DNA from: an uncultured virus (IMG/VR IMGVR_UViG_3300032116_000047)
Taxonomy: Duplodnaviria > Heunggongvirae > Uroviricota > Caudoviricetes
Reading direction: 5' to 3' (one strand)
Length of the DNA stretch: 64,000 nucleotides
IMG/VR virus record: IMGVR_UViG_3300032116_000047
Position numbers and translations under genes: made by a program. Positions 6,840-17,480 of this stretch are shown piece by piece (position 1 is the stretch's first letter; every line of letters begins with the position of its first letter). The notes under the pieces are model-generated. The model ran no database searches and was not told the DNA's origin. It saw only the letters and a program-made list of their open reading frames with translations.

Positions 6840-7286
6840 ATGAAGTATTTAGAACATTTTTATCAATTTCTATGTGAAGAAGTTCAATCTTATCAATTTG
6901 AAGATGGAGGTTTAGAAGGTGCTACTTACTACTATTATTTCTCAGATGGTCAGAATGATTTTAGAGTTGAAATAGATAGAAGACCTCAAGGTGAAGTAGA
7001 ACTTGTTTATAGAGTTAAAACTAATGATAGATGGTCTTTTGAATTAGTTCAAACAAATATATTCGGTTTATTAAAAACGATCTTTAGTGGTATTTTACCA
7101 GACTTTATTAGTAAGAATGATTGGTGTTCTGAAATAACTATTAAAGGTTTAGGTAAAAAAAATGAAAGTGATGCTATAACTCAAAGAACAAAAGTTTATT
7201 ATAGATATCTACAAAGCAATCCAATAGAGGGTTGGGAAATAGATAGATATGGTAATGAAATATACTTAAATAAAAGTAATATATAA
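6840..7286 (+). CDS. Hypothetical protein (start MKYLEHFYQFLCEE)
   Basis: TAATATATA immediately upstream of ATG 6840. Confidence 0.7.
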   Translation: MKYLEHFYQFLCEEVQSYQFEDGGLEGATYYYYFSDGQNDFRVEIDRRPQGEVELVYRVKTNDRWSFELVQTNIFGLLKTIFSGILPDFISKNDWCSEITIKGLGKKNESDAITQRTKVYYRYLQSNPIEGWEIDRYGNEIYLNKSNI

Positions 7287-7289
7287 GTT

Positions 7290-7688
7290 ATGAAACATTT
7301 AAAGAGGATATTTGAGAGTAGTGAAGATGATAAGAAATATATTGAAGAATGCTTCTTAGATGTTTCAGAGAATCCAAATTTTGAGGTTGATGATTTAATT
7401 GAAGTGGAATTAACCGAAAAAGTAGATTATCCCTTATCTGTTTATAAAATACACATAGAATTTGGTAAAAGTATAAGTCTACCAAATCCTGTAAATTCCA
7501 ATCTTTATATCGGAATGGTTAAAACTGATTTAGATTTCTTAAAAATGAAAAATGAAAAAGTATCTGAGATATTAGATGATATTGAAGTTGCTATAAATAG
7601 AGTTGAGGAAAGATTTCCTAATTCAGAATGTCAAATCTATGCAAATAGAAGAGATGAAATCGATGTAGTAATAATTATAAAAAAATAG
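7290..7688 (+). CDS. Hypothetical protein (MKHLKRIFE start)
   Basis: 132 aa ORF in operon-like spacing. Confidence 0.7.
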   Translation: MKHLKRIFESSEDDKKYIEECFLDVSENPNFEVDDLIEVELTEKVDYPLSVYKIHIEFGKSISLPNPVNSNLYIGMVKTDLDFLKMKNEKVSEILDDIEVAINRVEERFPNSECQIYANRRDEIDVVIIIKK

Positions 7689-7696
7689 ATTAAAAA

Positions 7697-8059
7697 ATGG
7701 AAAGACCACAGGCAAGAATTATAGATCAACAACATGTAGAATCAGAAAGAGAAGTAACTGGTTGGGAAGCAGAACAAATATTAAGAAAGTATGGACACCA
7801 ACCTCAGCAATATTCTTCTATTCCAGAACCTGCTAAATCTCAACAACCGTCATTGACATTTGAAGAAATGTTAGCTCAAGAAGAAATGAAAAGAAAAGAA
7901 GAGATGTTAAAAAGACAACAAAGACTAAATGGTCCAAATCCGATTACCTTTAATGGTCAAAATGGTTATGATTCTGAAGTAAAATACTCAACTGATGAAG
8001 ATACAGGATTTGGTTTTAAAATTGAGATTTCTTCTGATATGAAAATTCCAAAGTATTAA
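7697..8059 (+). CDS. Hypothetical protein
   Basis: 120 aa ORF. Confidence 0.65.
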   Translation: MERPQARIIDQQHVESEREVTGWEAEQILRKYGHQPQQYSSIPEPAKSQQPSLTFEEMLAQEEMKRKEEMLKRQQRLNGPNPITFNGQNGYDSEVKYSTDEDTGFGFKIEISSDMKIPKY

Positions 8060-8664
8060 ATTTTTTGGAAAACTACAATATCATCAATTTCTAACTTTTT
8101 TAATCCTTTTAATTCGGTTAATATACCATGCATTCCTAAACCTGCATTTTTATTTTCAATTAAAATAGAACCTGGTTCAATTTCATTTATTATCTTACTA
8201 TAAAAATTAATTAATTTTTCGGTTGTCTTAAAAGGAGTATATGTATAAACGATATTGTATTTAGAATAGTTTTGATTCATAATATCATCTTCGATTAAAT
8301 TAAGATTTTCTTCCCAAAAATCAATAAGACGTTTTTTGAAAAACTCTAAATAATTTTTTTGTTTCTCAATACCAGAAAATTTAAATGTTTTTCCATCTGT
8401 AAATAACTTTGATTGTAAATAAATATCAAATAAAGCAACTCCTAATCCAATTCCACAATCACAGATAAAATTTTTTTCTTTAAGAAGATTTCTTTCATCA
8501 AGTCTTTGTAAGAGAAATATATTTTGTTCTAAATTAGATAGAACATAGTGCCATTCTTCGTTTTGAATGAACTCGGGCTTAGAACTATCAAATTCGGTCC
8601 ATAAAGATCGAGACTCCTGATAGTATTTTACAAGTTGTTCATTCGGTGTAATTTCTTCAACCAT
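8056..8664 (-). CDS. Class I SAM-dependent methyltransferase (paralog of 47163-47759)
   Basis: ICDCGIGLG motif I, GIEK, DIMNQNYSKYNIVYTYTPF. Confidence 0.8.
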   Translation of the reverse strand: MVEEITPNEQLVKYYQESRSLWTEFDSSKPEFIQNEEWHYVLSNLEQNIFLLQRLDERNLLKEKNFICDCGIGLGVALFDIYLQSKLFTDGKTFKFSGIEKQKNYLEFFKKRLIDFWEENLNLIEDDIMNQNYSKYNIVYTYTPFKTTEKLINFYSKIINEIEPGSILIENKNAGLGMHGILTELKGLKKLEIDDIVVFQKI

Positions 8665-8748
8665 ATCATTTATATTTAATTTTTTTAGTTAGTTGTTTGA
8701 AAAAGATATTTGTAAAATAATATATACTCTATAAAATAATTTATATTA

Positions 8749-11700
8749 ATGAGTTTAGTTATATTTGGAGGCTCTGTATCAATGATTACAACTGCAACTC
8801 CATCCACAGGATGGGTAGTTGCTTATGACACTGATGGAATTATAAAACAAAAAGATAGTGCTGGAGTAATCACCCCAATAGGAGGAGGACCTACCGCAGG
8901 TTCAGGATCAACAGCATCGTTGAGCCAAGTTTTACAAGTCGGAAATAACAGTGATATTTATTCCATAATTATGGGAACTTCAACTTCAATAAGAAGTGCA
9001 AGAGGTGGAGGTAGAATAGAGTTAGATAAAAGTGGTACAAATTCAATATCTATTACAACTGATAACGGACTACAGTCTGAGCACGGTATAATTTTAGAAA
9101 ATAGTAATTCTTCAATCTTTTCAAACAATTATAAACAAGCTTTAAAACTTTGGGATGGTACTGGAAATACTACTCTTTATAATTCAAGCGGACAAGGTGG
9201 TATATTATTAGGAGTTTCAACTGGATCAGTTGTATCAACAGAATTAGATGAAGTAAAAATAGCATTCAATGCATTTACTTTTTCAACAACTAGTAATACA
9301 CCAAAACAAAGTGTCTTTATTGGCACGAAAAATTCAAAATTCGAAGCAGGTGTTGAAAACTCAGTTATTTTAGGAGGACAAGGTTTAACTGCCTCTCAAT
9401 CAGATTCAGTTTATGTACCAGATTTGTACATTCAAAATCAAAAAGGAATTAAAACTACAGATTCTAATGAAGTATTTTACTTAAAGGCCTCAGATGGTTC
9501 TACTTATATAGATAGAAACAGTGGATTATTTGATAAATCTTGGATTTGGACAAATAGTAATTATAATTCAAAAAGAGAATGGATTGAAATAGGAGTTAAT
9601 TCAGATTCAGGATATGGAACCAATTCGGTGATTCAGATTTATAATAGTAAAGGACCAAGCTATTCTTGGTTTGCTTACTCTCAACTAATTCTAGATAAGG
9701 AAAATTTAAAATTAGAGTCAGTTGATCTTGATACGACCGGAGACAATATAAATATAGTTTTAGATGCTTCTATAAATTCAGCTGAAATAGAAGGTCCTTT
9801 CGGTACTTTTAGAGGAATTGAATATGTTCAAGATTACTCAGCTAGCTATTCATTAAGGTCACTTGTAGATAAAGATTATGTTGATACTCAAATTAGTTCA
9901 GCAAACTCTCCTACGTTATTTAGTGTTTTATCATCAGGAAATAATAGCAATAACCAAAACATTATTATGGGAACATCGACTTACATTAAGTCAGCTAATG
10001 GAGGTGGTAGAATAGACTTAGACTTTATTTCAAATGTTAATACAGTTCTAATCTCAACAGATGATGGTGGTATTTCAAATGCTTATATAAAGTTACAAAA
10101 TGGTGATATTGAATTACAATCAATAAACAATTCAACATTTATATTTAATGAGGCTTTAGTTCAAAGTGGTGATGGAAAGGGAATACAGTATGATTCAGAT
10201 TATAGCTCTACTTTTGATACACACTCACTTATTGATAAGTTATATGTTGATACTGGAACTAATTCAATTTGGAATTATATTTCAAATTGTCCTACAGGAT
10301 CAGGTGTTGCAAACTATGTTCCAAAATGGACAGCTCAAAAAAACATCTCTGGAACTTCATCAATGTGGATAAGTGAAGGAGTTTCTGATAATTCATTATT
10401 AACATCTCTTCCAGTCGGAACGGCTCCTTATGATGTGGCATTTGATTCTTATAATAAGAGATTATATGTTGCTAATAGTTCAACTAATAATATTACTGTT
10501 TATGACTCAATAAATTATCTTATAATTGGAACAATCTCGGTTGGTACTTTTCCAAATGCAGTTGAATTCGATTCAGAAAATAATAGAGTTTATGTAGCAA
10601 ATAGAAACTCAGCAAATGTTACAATAATAGACACATTAACAAATACTATTACAGGTACTGTTTCGGTTGGAACTTTCCCAGTAGGATTGAATTATGACTC
10701 AGTAAATAATAGAGTTTATGTTGCGTGCCAAACATCTAATCAAGTGAGTGTAATTGACACAACTACATTAACAAATAGTGCAACATTTTCAACTTCTACA
10801 CCAAGAGGCTTAGCTTATGATCCTGTAAATAATAATATATATGTAGCAGGTGTTGGTCCTGATAAAGTCGCATGTATAGATGCTTCTACAGGAACAATAA
10901 CAGCGACTGTATCAGTCGGAACTAATCCTTATGGTTTAGCGTATGATTCATTGAATCAAAGAATCTATGTTTCAAATTATGTTTCAAATAATGTTAGTGT
11001 AATTGATGCTATTACTAATACAGTTATTTCAACAATTGCAGTTGGTTCAAATCCAGAGGGAATAGAATATGATGCTTTAAATAATAGAATATATGTCACA
11101 AATACTAGTTCTTCTAATGTATCAGTTATATCATCAGATACTAACACAGTTATTACGACAATTACATTAAGTGGTGTTCCAAGAGGATTAGCCTATGACT
11201 TTTTAAATTCAAGAATTTTTGTTACAAACACTTCAACAAATACTGTTCAGATAATTTCGACTATGAATAGAAAAGATGGATTTGTAGGCGTAAATACTAT
11301 AAATCCTATTTCAGAATTAGATGTAAGAGGTAAAATTACAACTGAAGAGTTTAGACTGACTACTGGAGCAAATAGTGGATATTTCTTAGTATCGGATACA
11401 TTAGGAAATGCTACTTGGCAGTATCCTATTATTGAAATAATTGGAGGAACTGGTCTTACAGGTTCAGGAACCGCAGGTGTTATTACAATTGTGGTTGAAT
11501 TAGAAGAAAACGGAGGTCTTACCTTCTCATCAATTGGTGAAATAACAACGGACTTCACGACTTTAGCTTCTTCTTTACAAGGTAGCGGTCTTACTGCAAA
11601 TGCTGGTGTTTTAGACATAAATGCCAATAATGGGATAACTATAATAAATGATGTTGTTCAAATTTCAGACACAGCTGCTGGAAACGGCTTGACATTTTCT

Positions 11701-13218
11701 TCTGGAATATTTGATATTAATACTTCTAATGGACTGACTATCATTTCTGATAGCGTTCAAGTTGCTGATACTATTTCTGGTAAAGGTTTAACTTTCTCAT
11801 CCGGTGTTATTGATATCAATTTAGGTTTAAATAGTGGTTTAACTTTTTCTGGAGATGATGTAATAGTTGATACAAATATCGCTGGAAACGGGCTTGATAT
11901 TTCAAGTGGTGTTCTTACAGTTAATACTTCAGAAATAACTACAAGCTTATCTGGTAGTGGTCTTACTGCTAATGGTTCAACATTAGATGTTAATGTAGGA
12001 AATGGTTTAGAATTAGTATCAGACCAAATTTATTTGGGTGGAACACTTTCTCAAAACACAACAATTAATGCATCAAACTATGGATTATATTTTGAAGGTG
12101 ATTCCGTAATAGATAATTATGTAAATGATCCTAATAGTTTCCCAGATATTTATGGACAGGTGAATTTGACATCTCAAATTTATGACGCCAGAATAGGAAG
12201 TATTTCAGGGAATACATTTTCAAGAGTTACAATACAAAGTAACGGTTTAATTTTAGAAAATCAAGATGATTCGGGTTCTCAAGTTGCAATTCAAGTTTCT
12301 CTGACCACTTCATATGTTAATGATGGTTCGTCAAATAATAGGTTAGTTGTAATTGATGACTTATCACAAAAGGGACTTGTTTATTCTAGTGATTACACCT
12401 CTAACTTCACTACCCATTCACTTGTGACAAAAGGTTATGTTGATTCAGTGGCTGGATCAATTGGAGCTACTAACGGTATTTCTGAATTATCAAGTGGAAT
12501 TATAGGATTAGGAGGAACACTTTCACAAACAACAATTATTGATACTTCAACATATGATTTTACAATAAATTCAAGCTCAAGTGAGATAGAACTAAATAGA
12601 ATTTCTACTACTTATCCTACCGTTACAAACACATTCAGACTAGAAGATAAGTATGCAATTATTAAGTCAGAGAGTTCAATCTACTCTTCATTTATAGAAC
12701 TATCAAATGAGGATAATGGTCAAGCAATGGCAGATATTAAGATTGATCTTGGAACATACAGTAATATTATCAGATCTACAAATAACAGTATATCAACTGT
12801 AGTATCATCAATCGATGGTAGCGGATCATACTCTTCTGTTTGGTTATTTAATTCTTCACAATCACTAACAAGTGGTGATTTAACGACAAATAATCATTTA
12901 ATAATAACAGACCAATTAGGAAATAAAGGTTTAGTCTATGATGAAGACTACTCTCTCAATTTCTCAAATAACTCATTAGTTACTAAAAGTTATGTTGACT
13001 CAAATTCAACATCTAAATACTCAATAACTAGAGGATTTACAGCATCGGTAACCGAAACAATAACTCATAATTTAGGAACTGATGAAATTATAGTTCAAGC
13101 TTATGATTCAACTGGAGTAATGGTAATTCCTGGAACAGTTCAGATAAATGGAACAAACGATGTTGATATAACATTTAGTAGTACACTATCAAGTATAAAA
13201 ATAATAGTAATAGGATAA
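8749..13218 (+). CDS. Large virion/tail-fibre-like protein with YVTN-type beta-propeller repeats
   Basis: About 7 repeats of VGxxPxGxAYDxxNNRIYVxN; repeated GxGLT and SLVxKxYVD motifs. Confidence 0.8.
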   Translation: MSLVIFGGSVSMITTATPSTGWVVAYDTDGIIKQKDSAGVITPIGGGPTAGSGSTASLSQVLQVGNNSDIYSIIMGTSTSIRSARGGGRIELDKSGTNSISITTDNGLQSEHGIILENSNSSIFSNNYKQALKLWDGTGNTTLYNSSGQGGILLGVSTGSVVSTELDEVKIAFNAFTFSTTSNTPKQSVFIGTKNSKFEAGVENSVILGGQGLTASQSDSVYVPDLYIQNQKGIKTTDSNEVFYLKASDGSTYIDRNSGLFDKSWIWTNSNYNSKREWIEIGVNSDSGYGTNSVIQIYNSKGPSYSWFAYSQLILDKENLKLESVDLDTTGDNINIVLDASINSAEIEGPFGTFRGIEYVQDYSASYSLRSLVDKDYVDTQISSANSPTLFSVLSSGNNSNNQNIIMGTSTYIKSANGGGRIDLDFISNVNTVLISTDDGGISNAYIKLQNGDIELQSINNSTFIFNEALVQSGDGKGIQYDSDYSSTFDTHSLIDKLYVDTGTNSIWNYISNCPTGSGVANYVPKWTAQKNISGTSSMWISEGVSDNSLLTSLPVGTAPYDVAFDSYNKRLYVANSSTNNITVYDSINYLIIGTISVGTFPNAVEFDSENNRVYVANRNSANVTIIDTLTNTITGTVSVGTFPVGLNYDSVNNRVYVACQTSNQVSVIDTTTLTNSATFSTSTPRGLAYDPVNNNIYVAGVGPDKVACIDASTGTITATVSVGTNPYGLAYDSLNQRIYVSNYVSNNVSVIDAITNTVISTIAVGSNPEGIEYDALNNRIYVTNTSSSNVSVISSDTNTVITTITLSGVPRGLAYDFLNSRIFVTNTSTNTVQIISTMNRKDGFVGVNTINPISELDVRGKITTEEFRLTTGANSGYFLVSDTLGNATWQYPIIEIIGGTGLTGSGTAGVITIVVELEENGGLTFSSIGEITTDFTTLASSLQGSGLTANAGVLDINANNGITIINDVVQISDTAAGNGLTFSSGIFDINTSNGLTIISDSVQVADTISGKGLTFSSGVIDINLGLNSGLTFSGDDVIVDTNIAGNGLDISSGVLTVNTSEITTSLSGSGLTANGSTLDVNVGNGLELVSDQIYLGGTLSQNTTINASNYGLYFEGDSVIDNYVNDPNSFPDIYGQVNLTSQIYDARIGSISGNTFSRVTIQSNGLILENQDDSGSQVAIQVSLTTSYVNDGSSNNRLVVIDDLSQKGLVYSSDYTSNFTTHSLVTKGYVDSVAGSIGATNGISELSSGIIGLGGTLSQTTIIDTSTYDFTINSSSSEIELNRISTTYPTVTNTFRLEDKYAIIKSESSIYSSFIELSNEDNGQAMADIKIDLGTYSNIIRSTNNSISTVVSSIDGSGSYSSVWLFNSSQSLTSGDLTTNNHLIITDQLGNKGLVYDEDYSLNFSNNSLVTKSYVDSNSTSKYSITRGFTASVTETITHNLGTDEIIVQAYDSTGVMVIPGTVQINGTNDVDITFSSTLSSIKIIVIG

Positions 13219-13233
13219 AATAAATTATAAAAT

Positions 13234-16200
13234 ATGCCAAAAATATACGGAAGTTCAGAGATATGGGGTGATTTGTTAGTAACAGGTTCTTTTTCAATAT
13301 TAGGGTCCTCATCAACAATTAATACTACTTCGCTAGTGGTTTCAGATTCAATAATTGCCTTAGGACATAGTCAGTCAGGTACTCCTGTTTTAGACGAAGG
13401 TTTTATGTTTGTTAGAGGTACTGGTCTAACTCAAGCATTTATATGGGATGAGTCTGATGACACTTTTGCTCTTATTGGAACAAATGATGACCACACAATT
13501 ACCGGTGACATAAATATAAACTCGTACTCTAATTTAAGACTTGCTGGATTAACGACATCTACTTTAACAATTTCAAACGGAGCTGTTAATGGTTATTACT
13601 TACAAACAGATGGATCAGGTAACACAACATGGGTTTCTATTTCCGGTGGATTAACAGGTTCTGGAACGATAAATTATGTTCCTCATTGGACTAACTCAAA
13701 TACACTTTCTTCAACGAGTAGTATTTATAACATAGGGGAAAATGTAGGTATAAATACAGTTCTACCATCAGCTCAATTAAACATCAAAGCTAACAATGGT
13801 TTAAATACAGAATATGGTTTAAAAGTAGAAGGTAATACAGGGTTAAATCTATTAAAAGTATCAAAGTTAGGAAGAGTTGGAATAGGAACTGGATTATTAA
13901 CAGATCCATCACATGAAGTTGAAATAAATAGCTTATCAGCAAATAATCTAATTTATGCAGAAAATAGCAATAATATTTCAGATGCTATAATTAGAGTTAA
14001 AACAACTGGAGCTGGAAATTCCTTCAATTCTCAATTAGTATCCGAGAACTCTACTGGAAACACACTTAAAATGATTTCATTTGGTTCTGCTTATTCAATT
14101 TATCCAGAATTTGCTGATAATCAAGCAATAGTTTATACAAATAGTTTACTATTCAATAACGGAAATACAACAAGAGCCACTTTAACTTCAACAGGGAATT
14201 TCGGAATTGGCACAGCCTCACCAAACTATAAATTAGAAGTATCAGGAACAGTTTCAACAACTGGACTTAGAATGACCAGTGGTGCAAACAGTGGTTATGT
14301 TTTAACATCAGATGCTTCTGGAAATGCTTCTTGGTCTCAACTATCGGGTGGATTAACAGGTTCTGGTACAACCAATTATATTTCTAAATGGACAGGAGTC
14401 GGAACTCTTGGTAATTCCCTAATTCAGGATGATTCATCATCAGTTGGAATTGGAACGGCTCCAACTGGTCCATATAGATTATGGATAGTAGATCAAAGAG
14501 TACAAAGTACTAAATATGGTTTACTTTCACAAGTTGAAGGGAATAATTTTTCAACGACTAATATTGGATTGTTCTCGTATGTGTCAGGAGCGACATCTAG
14601 AAATGTTGGTCTTAGAGCAAATGTTTATGGGACTTACGGTGTTGTACAGGGAATTAATGTTGAGCTTGGAGGGTCTACTACTTTTGCTGATACTATTGGA
14701 GTTTCGACTTTTATTAGTTCATCAATAAATTCATCTACTTCGATTTATGGAGGTTATATGTTGAATCAAGGTTCAGCATCGTTCAAATACGGAAATTTTA
14801 TTCAAGTTTCAGGTAATGGAGTTTCAAACACAAATTATGGTTCTTACTTAAATATATCAGGCGCAAATAATATTAACTACGGAAACTATACTTTAGTAAA
14901 TGGAACTTTTAGTTCTGTAAAATATGGAAGCTTTATTAACATTTCAGATAGTAATGGTACAAATACTCAGAATTTTGGAATTAGAACTGATGTTAATGGT
15001 GGTTGGACTAATAAAGGTATTTTTTCAGTGATTGGATCAAGTGTAGCAAGTGTGAATGATGATGTAGGTATTTACTCCTATGTGTCAGGTTTAGTAACGT
15101 CAAGTCAAAGCGTATCACACGCTGGCTACTTCTGGAATAACACTCAAAAAACTAATAAATATGGAATAACAGCAAGAGCTGATGGCAATAACATATCAAC
15201 AACAAATTATGGTATTTATTCAGCCGCATCAGGAGCAAGTAACGCCAACTATGGAGTTTATTCACAAGTATCGGGAACATTTGGCACGACTAAAGGTGGT
15301 TACTATTCTCTTTTAAGAGGAAATTCGAGTTATAACATCGGATCAATTTTTAATATTGATGAAGGTGCATATAATGTTGGATTATCGATTGGACTTGGTA
15401 ACAATCTTACACCAAATCAAGATTTTGGAATCTTAAATTACGTGTCACCAAGTTATGTAAGTAATCAAACACAATTATCTAATCATTACATATCAAACAC
15501 AGGAACAGTAAATGTTAAATATGGAACTAATACACAAATTTCTGGTAATGGTAAATCAATTACAAATTATGGATTATATAACTCCATATCAGGAGCAAAT
15601 AGTGCTAACTATGGATTTTTTAATATTGTGTCAGGAACAGCCAGTGCTAACTATGGAATTTATACTAATGTATCCTTAGCATCATCTATTACATATGGTA
15701 ATTATGTTATTTTAAACTCAGGAACCGGTGGTACATATTACGGAAGTTATATAGATATTTCTCAAGGTGTTGGAAATAATACATTTGGTAATAATAACTA
15801 TGGTCAGTATATAAGTAATTATGGAAGCGCATCGACAAATACCGGTTTATACGTACAAGTTAATAATGGTGGGAGCAATAATGCACTATGGGCATCGGTT
15901 GGTAGTCAAGTTTTCTCAAGTGGTGATAAAGCAGTATATGGATATGTTGGAAATAACGCTAAAAATACAACAGATTCAGCTTATGGCGGATATTTTGATA
16001 ACAGGTCTCTTACGACAAACACAAGTTTCGGATTAGGAGCCATAGTATCATCTACATCATCATCTGCAAATTATGGTTTATATGTTGATTCTTCCGGAAC
16101 AACAACAAATTATGGAGTTGTAGTAAATAGAGGCACATCAATCTTTAATGATTCTGGTGAAAATTTTGATTTCAGAATTGAAGGTTTAACTGAGTCTAAC

Positions 16201-16428
16201 TTACTTTTTGTTGATGCATCGAATGATAATATAGGTATAGGAACTAGCACACCGAATGCTAAATCTATGTTAGATATAAACTCAACGACTAAAGGATTTT
16301 TACCACCAAGAATGACAACATCTCAAAGAGAAGCAATCATTTCTCCACCAGCTGGATTAATGATTTTTAATACAGATAATTCAAAACATGAAGGATATAC
16401 AGGTACTACTTGGTCAGGATTCTATTGA
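13234..16428 (+). CDS. Tail-fibre-like beta-repeat virion protein
   Basis: NVGIGT and GYVLTSDASGNASW motifs, many NYG repeats, C-terminal KGFLPPRMT motif. Confidence 0.75.
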   Translation: MPKIYGSSEIWGDLLVTGSFSILGSSSTINTTSLVVSDSIIALGHSQSGTPVLDEGFMFVRGTGLTQAFIWDESDDTFALIGTNDDHTITGDININSYSNLRLAGLTTSTLTISNGAVNGYYLQTDGSGNTTWVSISGGLTGSGTINYVPHWTNSNTLSSTSSIYNIGENVGINTVLPSAQLNIKANNGLNTEYGLKVEGNTGLNLLKVSKLGRVGIGTGLLTDPSHEVEINSLSANNLIYAENSNNISDAIIRVKTTGAGNSFNSQLVSENSTGNTLKMISFGSAYSIYPEFADNQAIVYTNSLLFNNGNTTRATLTSTGNFGIGTASPNYKLEVSGTVSTTGLRMTSGANSGYVLTSDASGNASWSQLSGGLTGSGTTNYISKWTGVGTLGNSLIQDDSSSVGIGTAPTGPYRLWIVDQRVQSTKYGLLSQVEGNNFSTTNIGLFSYVSGATSRNVGLRANVYGTYGVVQGINVELGGSTTFADTIGVSTFISSSINSSTSIYGGYMLNQGSASFKYGNFIQVSGNGVSNTNYGSYLNISGANNINYGNYTLVNGTFSSVKYGSFINISDSNGTNTQNFGIRTDVNGGWTNKGIFSVIGSSVASVNDDVGIYSYVSGLVTSSQSVSHAGYFWNNTQKTNKYGITARADGNNISTTNYGIYSAASGASNANYGVYSQVSGTFGTTKGGYYSLLRGNSSYNIGSIFNIDEGAYNVGLSIGLGNNLTPNQDFGILNYVSPSYVSNQTQLSNHYISNTGTVNVKYGTNTQISGNGKSITNYGLYNSISGANSANYGFFNIVSGTASANYGIYTNVSLASSITYGNYVILNSGTGGTYYGSYIDISQGVGNNTFGNNNYGQYISNYGSASTNTGLYVQVNNGGSNNALWASVGSQVFSSGDKAVYGYVGNNAKNTTDSAYGGYFDNRSLTTNTSFGLGAIVSSTSSSANYGLYVDSSGTTTNYGVVVNRGTSIFNDSGENFDFRIEGLTESNLLFVDASNDNIGIGTSTPNAKSMLDINSTTKGFLPPRMTTSQREAIISPPAGLMIFNTDNSKHEGYTGTTWSGFY

Positions 16429-16434
16429 TTTTAG

Positions 16435-16521
16435 CGGAGAACAGAGGAATTGAACCCCATACCAATGTACAGTACAACTCGCTTAGCAGGCGGTCCTAAT
16501 CACCAGATTAGTTTATTCTCC
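16435..16521 (-). tRNA. tRNA-Ser (GCU)
   Basis: Loop CTGCTAA; long variable arm; G73. Confidence 0.85.
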
Positions 16522-16527
16522 TTTTTG

Positions 16528-16605
16528 CGGAAGAGTGAGGTATCGATCTCCATACCACGAAAGTACCACTAGTTTTAAGACTAGGTCAAGCTTAATTACT
16601 CTTCC
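16528..16605 (-). pseudogene. Degenerate tRNA-Ser, probably (UGA) with a 1-nt anticodon deletion
   Basis: Ser-type body (G73, long variable arm); ctagt-CTTAAA-actag 6-nt loop; reduced D-arm. Confidence 0.55.
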
Positions 16606-16611
16606 TTATTG

Positions 16612-16686
16612 TAGTTCCAGAGGGATTCAAACCCTCACATTTCTCGGTTCGTAGCCGAGTGTTTTGTTCAGTTAAACTATGGAACT
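16612..16686 (-). tRNA. tRNA-Arg (ACG)
   Basis: ctcgg-CTACGAA-ccgag. Confidence 0.85.
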
Positions 16687-16697
16687 ATATCAGTTTG

Positions 16698-16768
16698 CAC
16701 ACCTGCTTGGGCTCGAACCAAGAACACTGATTTTGGAGATCAGCATGATACCATTTCACCACAGATGT
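16698..16768 (-). tRNA. tRNA-Trp (CCA)
   Basis: ctgat-CTCCAAA-atcag; G73. Confidence 0.9.
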
Positions 16769-16775
16769 ATTTTAG

Positions 16776-16846
16776 CGCGGATGTAGAGATTCGAACTCTA
16801 ACGGTGAGGGGTTGGAATCCTACCGACTAAACCTACGCTCATCCGC
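16776..16846 (-). tRNA. Atypical tRNA, probably Trp (CCA)
   Basis: Acceptor gcggatg/catccgc, G73, TTCGAAT T-loop, loop TTCCAAC; weak D and anticodon stems. Confidence 0.5.
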
Positions 16847-16860
16847 GTGTTTATTTTTAG

Positions 16861-16932
16861 TGGAGACTGACAGAATCGAACTGACCTCTTCCGGGCTTCA
16901 ACCGGACGCTAAACCAACTTAGCTAAGTCTCC
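16861..16932 (-). tRNA. tRNA-Phe (GAA)
   Basis: tccgg-TTGAAGC-ccgga. Confidence 0.85.
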
Positions 16933-16936
16933 TTTG

Positions 16937-17011
16937 GGTGTTAGACGGGACTTGAACCCGCGACCTCTGGATTCACAATCCAGCACTCTCAACCATCTGA
17001 GCTACTAACAC
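16937..17011 (-). tRNA. tRNA-His (GUG), C73, no encoded G-1
   Basis: ctgga-TTGTGAA-tccag. Confidence 0.9.
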
Positions 17012-17013
17012 AG

Positions 17014-17086
17014 TGATCCCGGTGGGGTTCGAACCCACGACCCCCTCATTAAAAGTGAGGTGCTCTACCAACTGAGCTACGAAATC
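17014..17086 (-). tRNA. tRNA-Lys (UUU)
   Basis: cctca-CTTTTAA-tgagg. Confidence 0.9.
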
Positions 17087-17094
17087 ATATTTAG

Positions 17095-17167
17095 TGGACC
17101 CGGTGGGTTACGATCCCACTCTCCCTCCGTTAAAAGCGGAGTGCTTTCCCGATTAAGCTACGAGTCC
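17095..17167 (-). tRNA. tRNA-Lys (UUU), second divergent copy
   Basis: ctccg-CTTTTAA-cggag; T-loop ATCGTAA. Confidence 0.85.
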
Positions 17168-17175
17168 AAAATTTG

Positions 17176-17248
17176 TGGAACGGGTGGGTATAGAACCCAC
17201 TCCTCTGGATTTTCAGTCCAGCGCAATCACCTGATCTGCCACCATTCC
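17176..17248 (-). tRNA. tRNA-Phe (GAA), second divergent copy
   Basis: ctgga-CTGAAAA-tccag. Confidence 0.85.
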
Positions 17249-17258
17249 AAATTATTAT

Positions 17259-17295
17259 AAAACAAAAAAGTCCGAACTTTTTACGGTTCAGACTT
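17259..17295 (-). terminator. Intrinsic terminator (attenuator) upstream of tRNA array 4
   Basis: AAGTCTGAAC-cgtaaaaa-GTTCGGACTT followed by a U-tract. Confidence 0.85.
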
Positions 17296-17321
17296 CACAA
17301 GTATTTATAATCTATAAGTTA

Positions 17322-17423
17322 TTACACTTCTAAATTTGAGCAATACTCTTTTAGTACCGAACCAAAGTGACTAAACCACTTCGACGATCTACTAAAATGC
17401 TTATGTGTGCGAATTGCTCTCAT
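17322..17423 (-). CDS. Leader peptide of tRNA array 4 (33 aa, MRAIRTHKHFSRSSKWFSHFGSVLKEYCSNLEV)
   Basis: Codons 7-20 encode only H,K,F,S,R,W, the amino acids of the downstream array; 17353-17363 pairs with the terminator 5' arm. Confidence 0.85.
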   Translation of the reverse strand: MRAIRTHKHFSRSSKWFSHFGSVLKEYCSNLEV

Positions 17424-17480
17424 TGTTGTTATATATTGAATTGTTAAACTCTCTTTTTAATTATTTGTCATTATCTTATA

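Noticed and set aside
16528..16605. Possible ochre suppressor or Leu(UAA) recoding tRNA
   Set aside because: The loop has only 6 nt and the D-arm is eroded. Loss of G from CTTGAAA (Ser-UGA) is simpler and fits the TCG codons in leader 4; TAA is the usual stop here.
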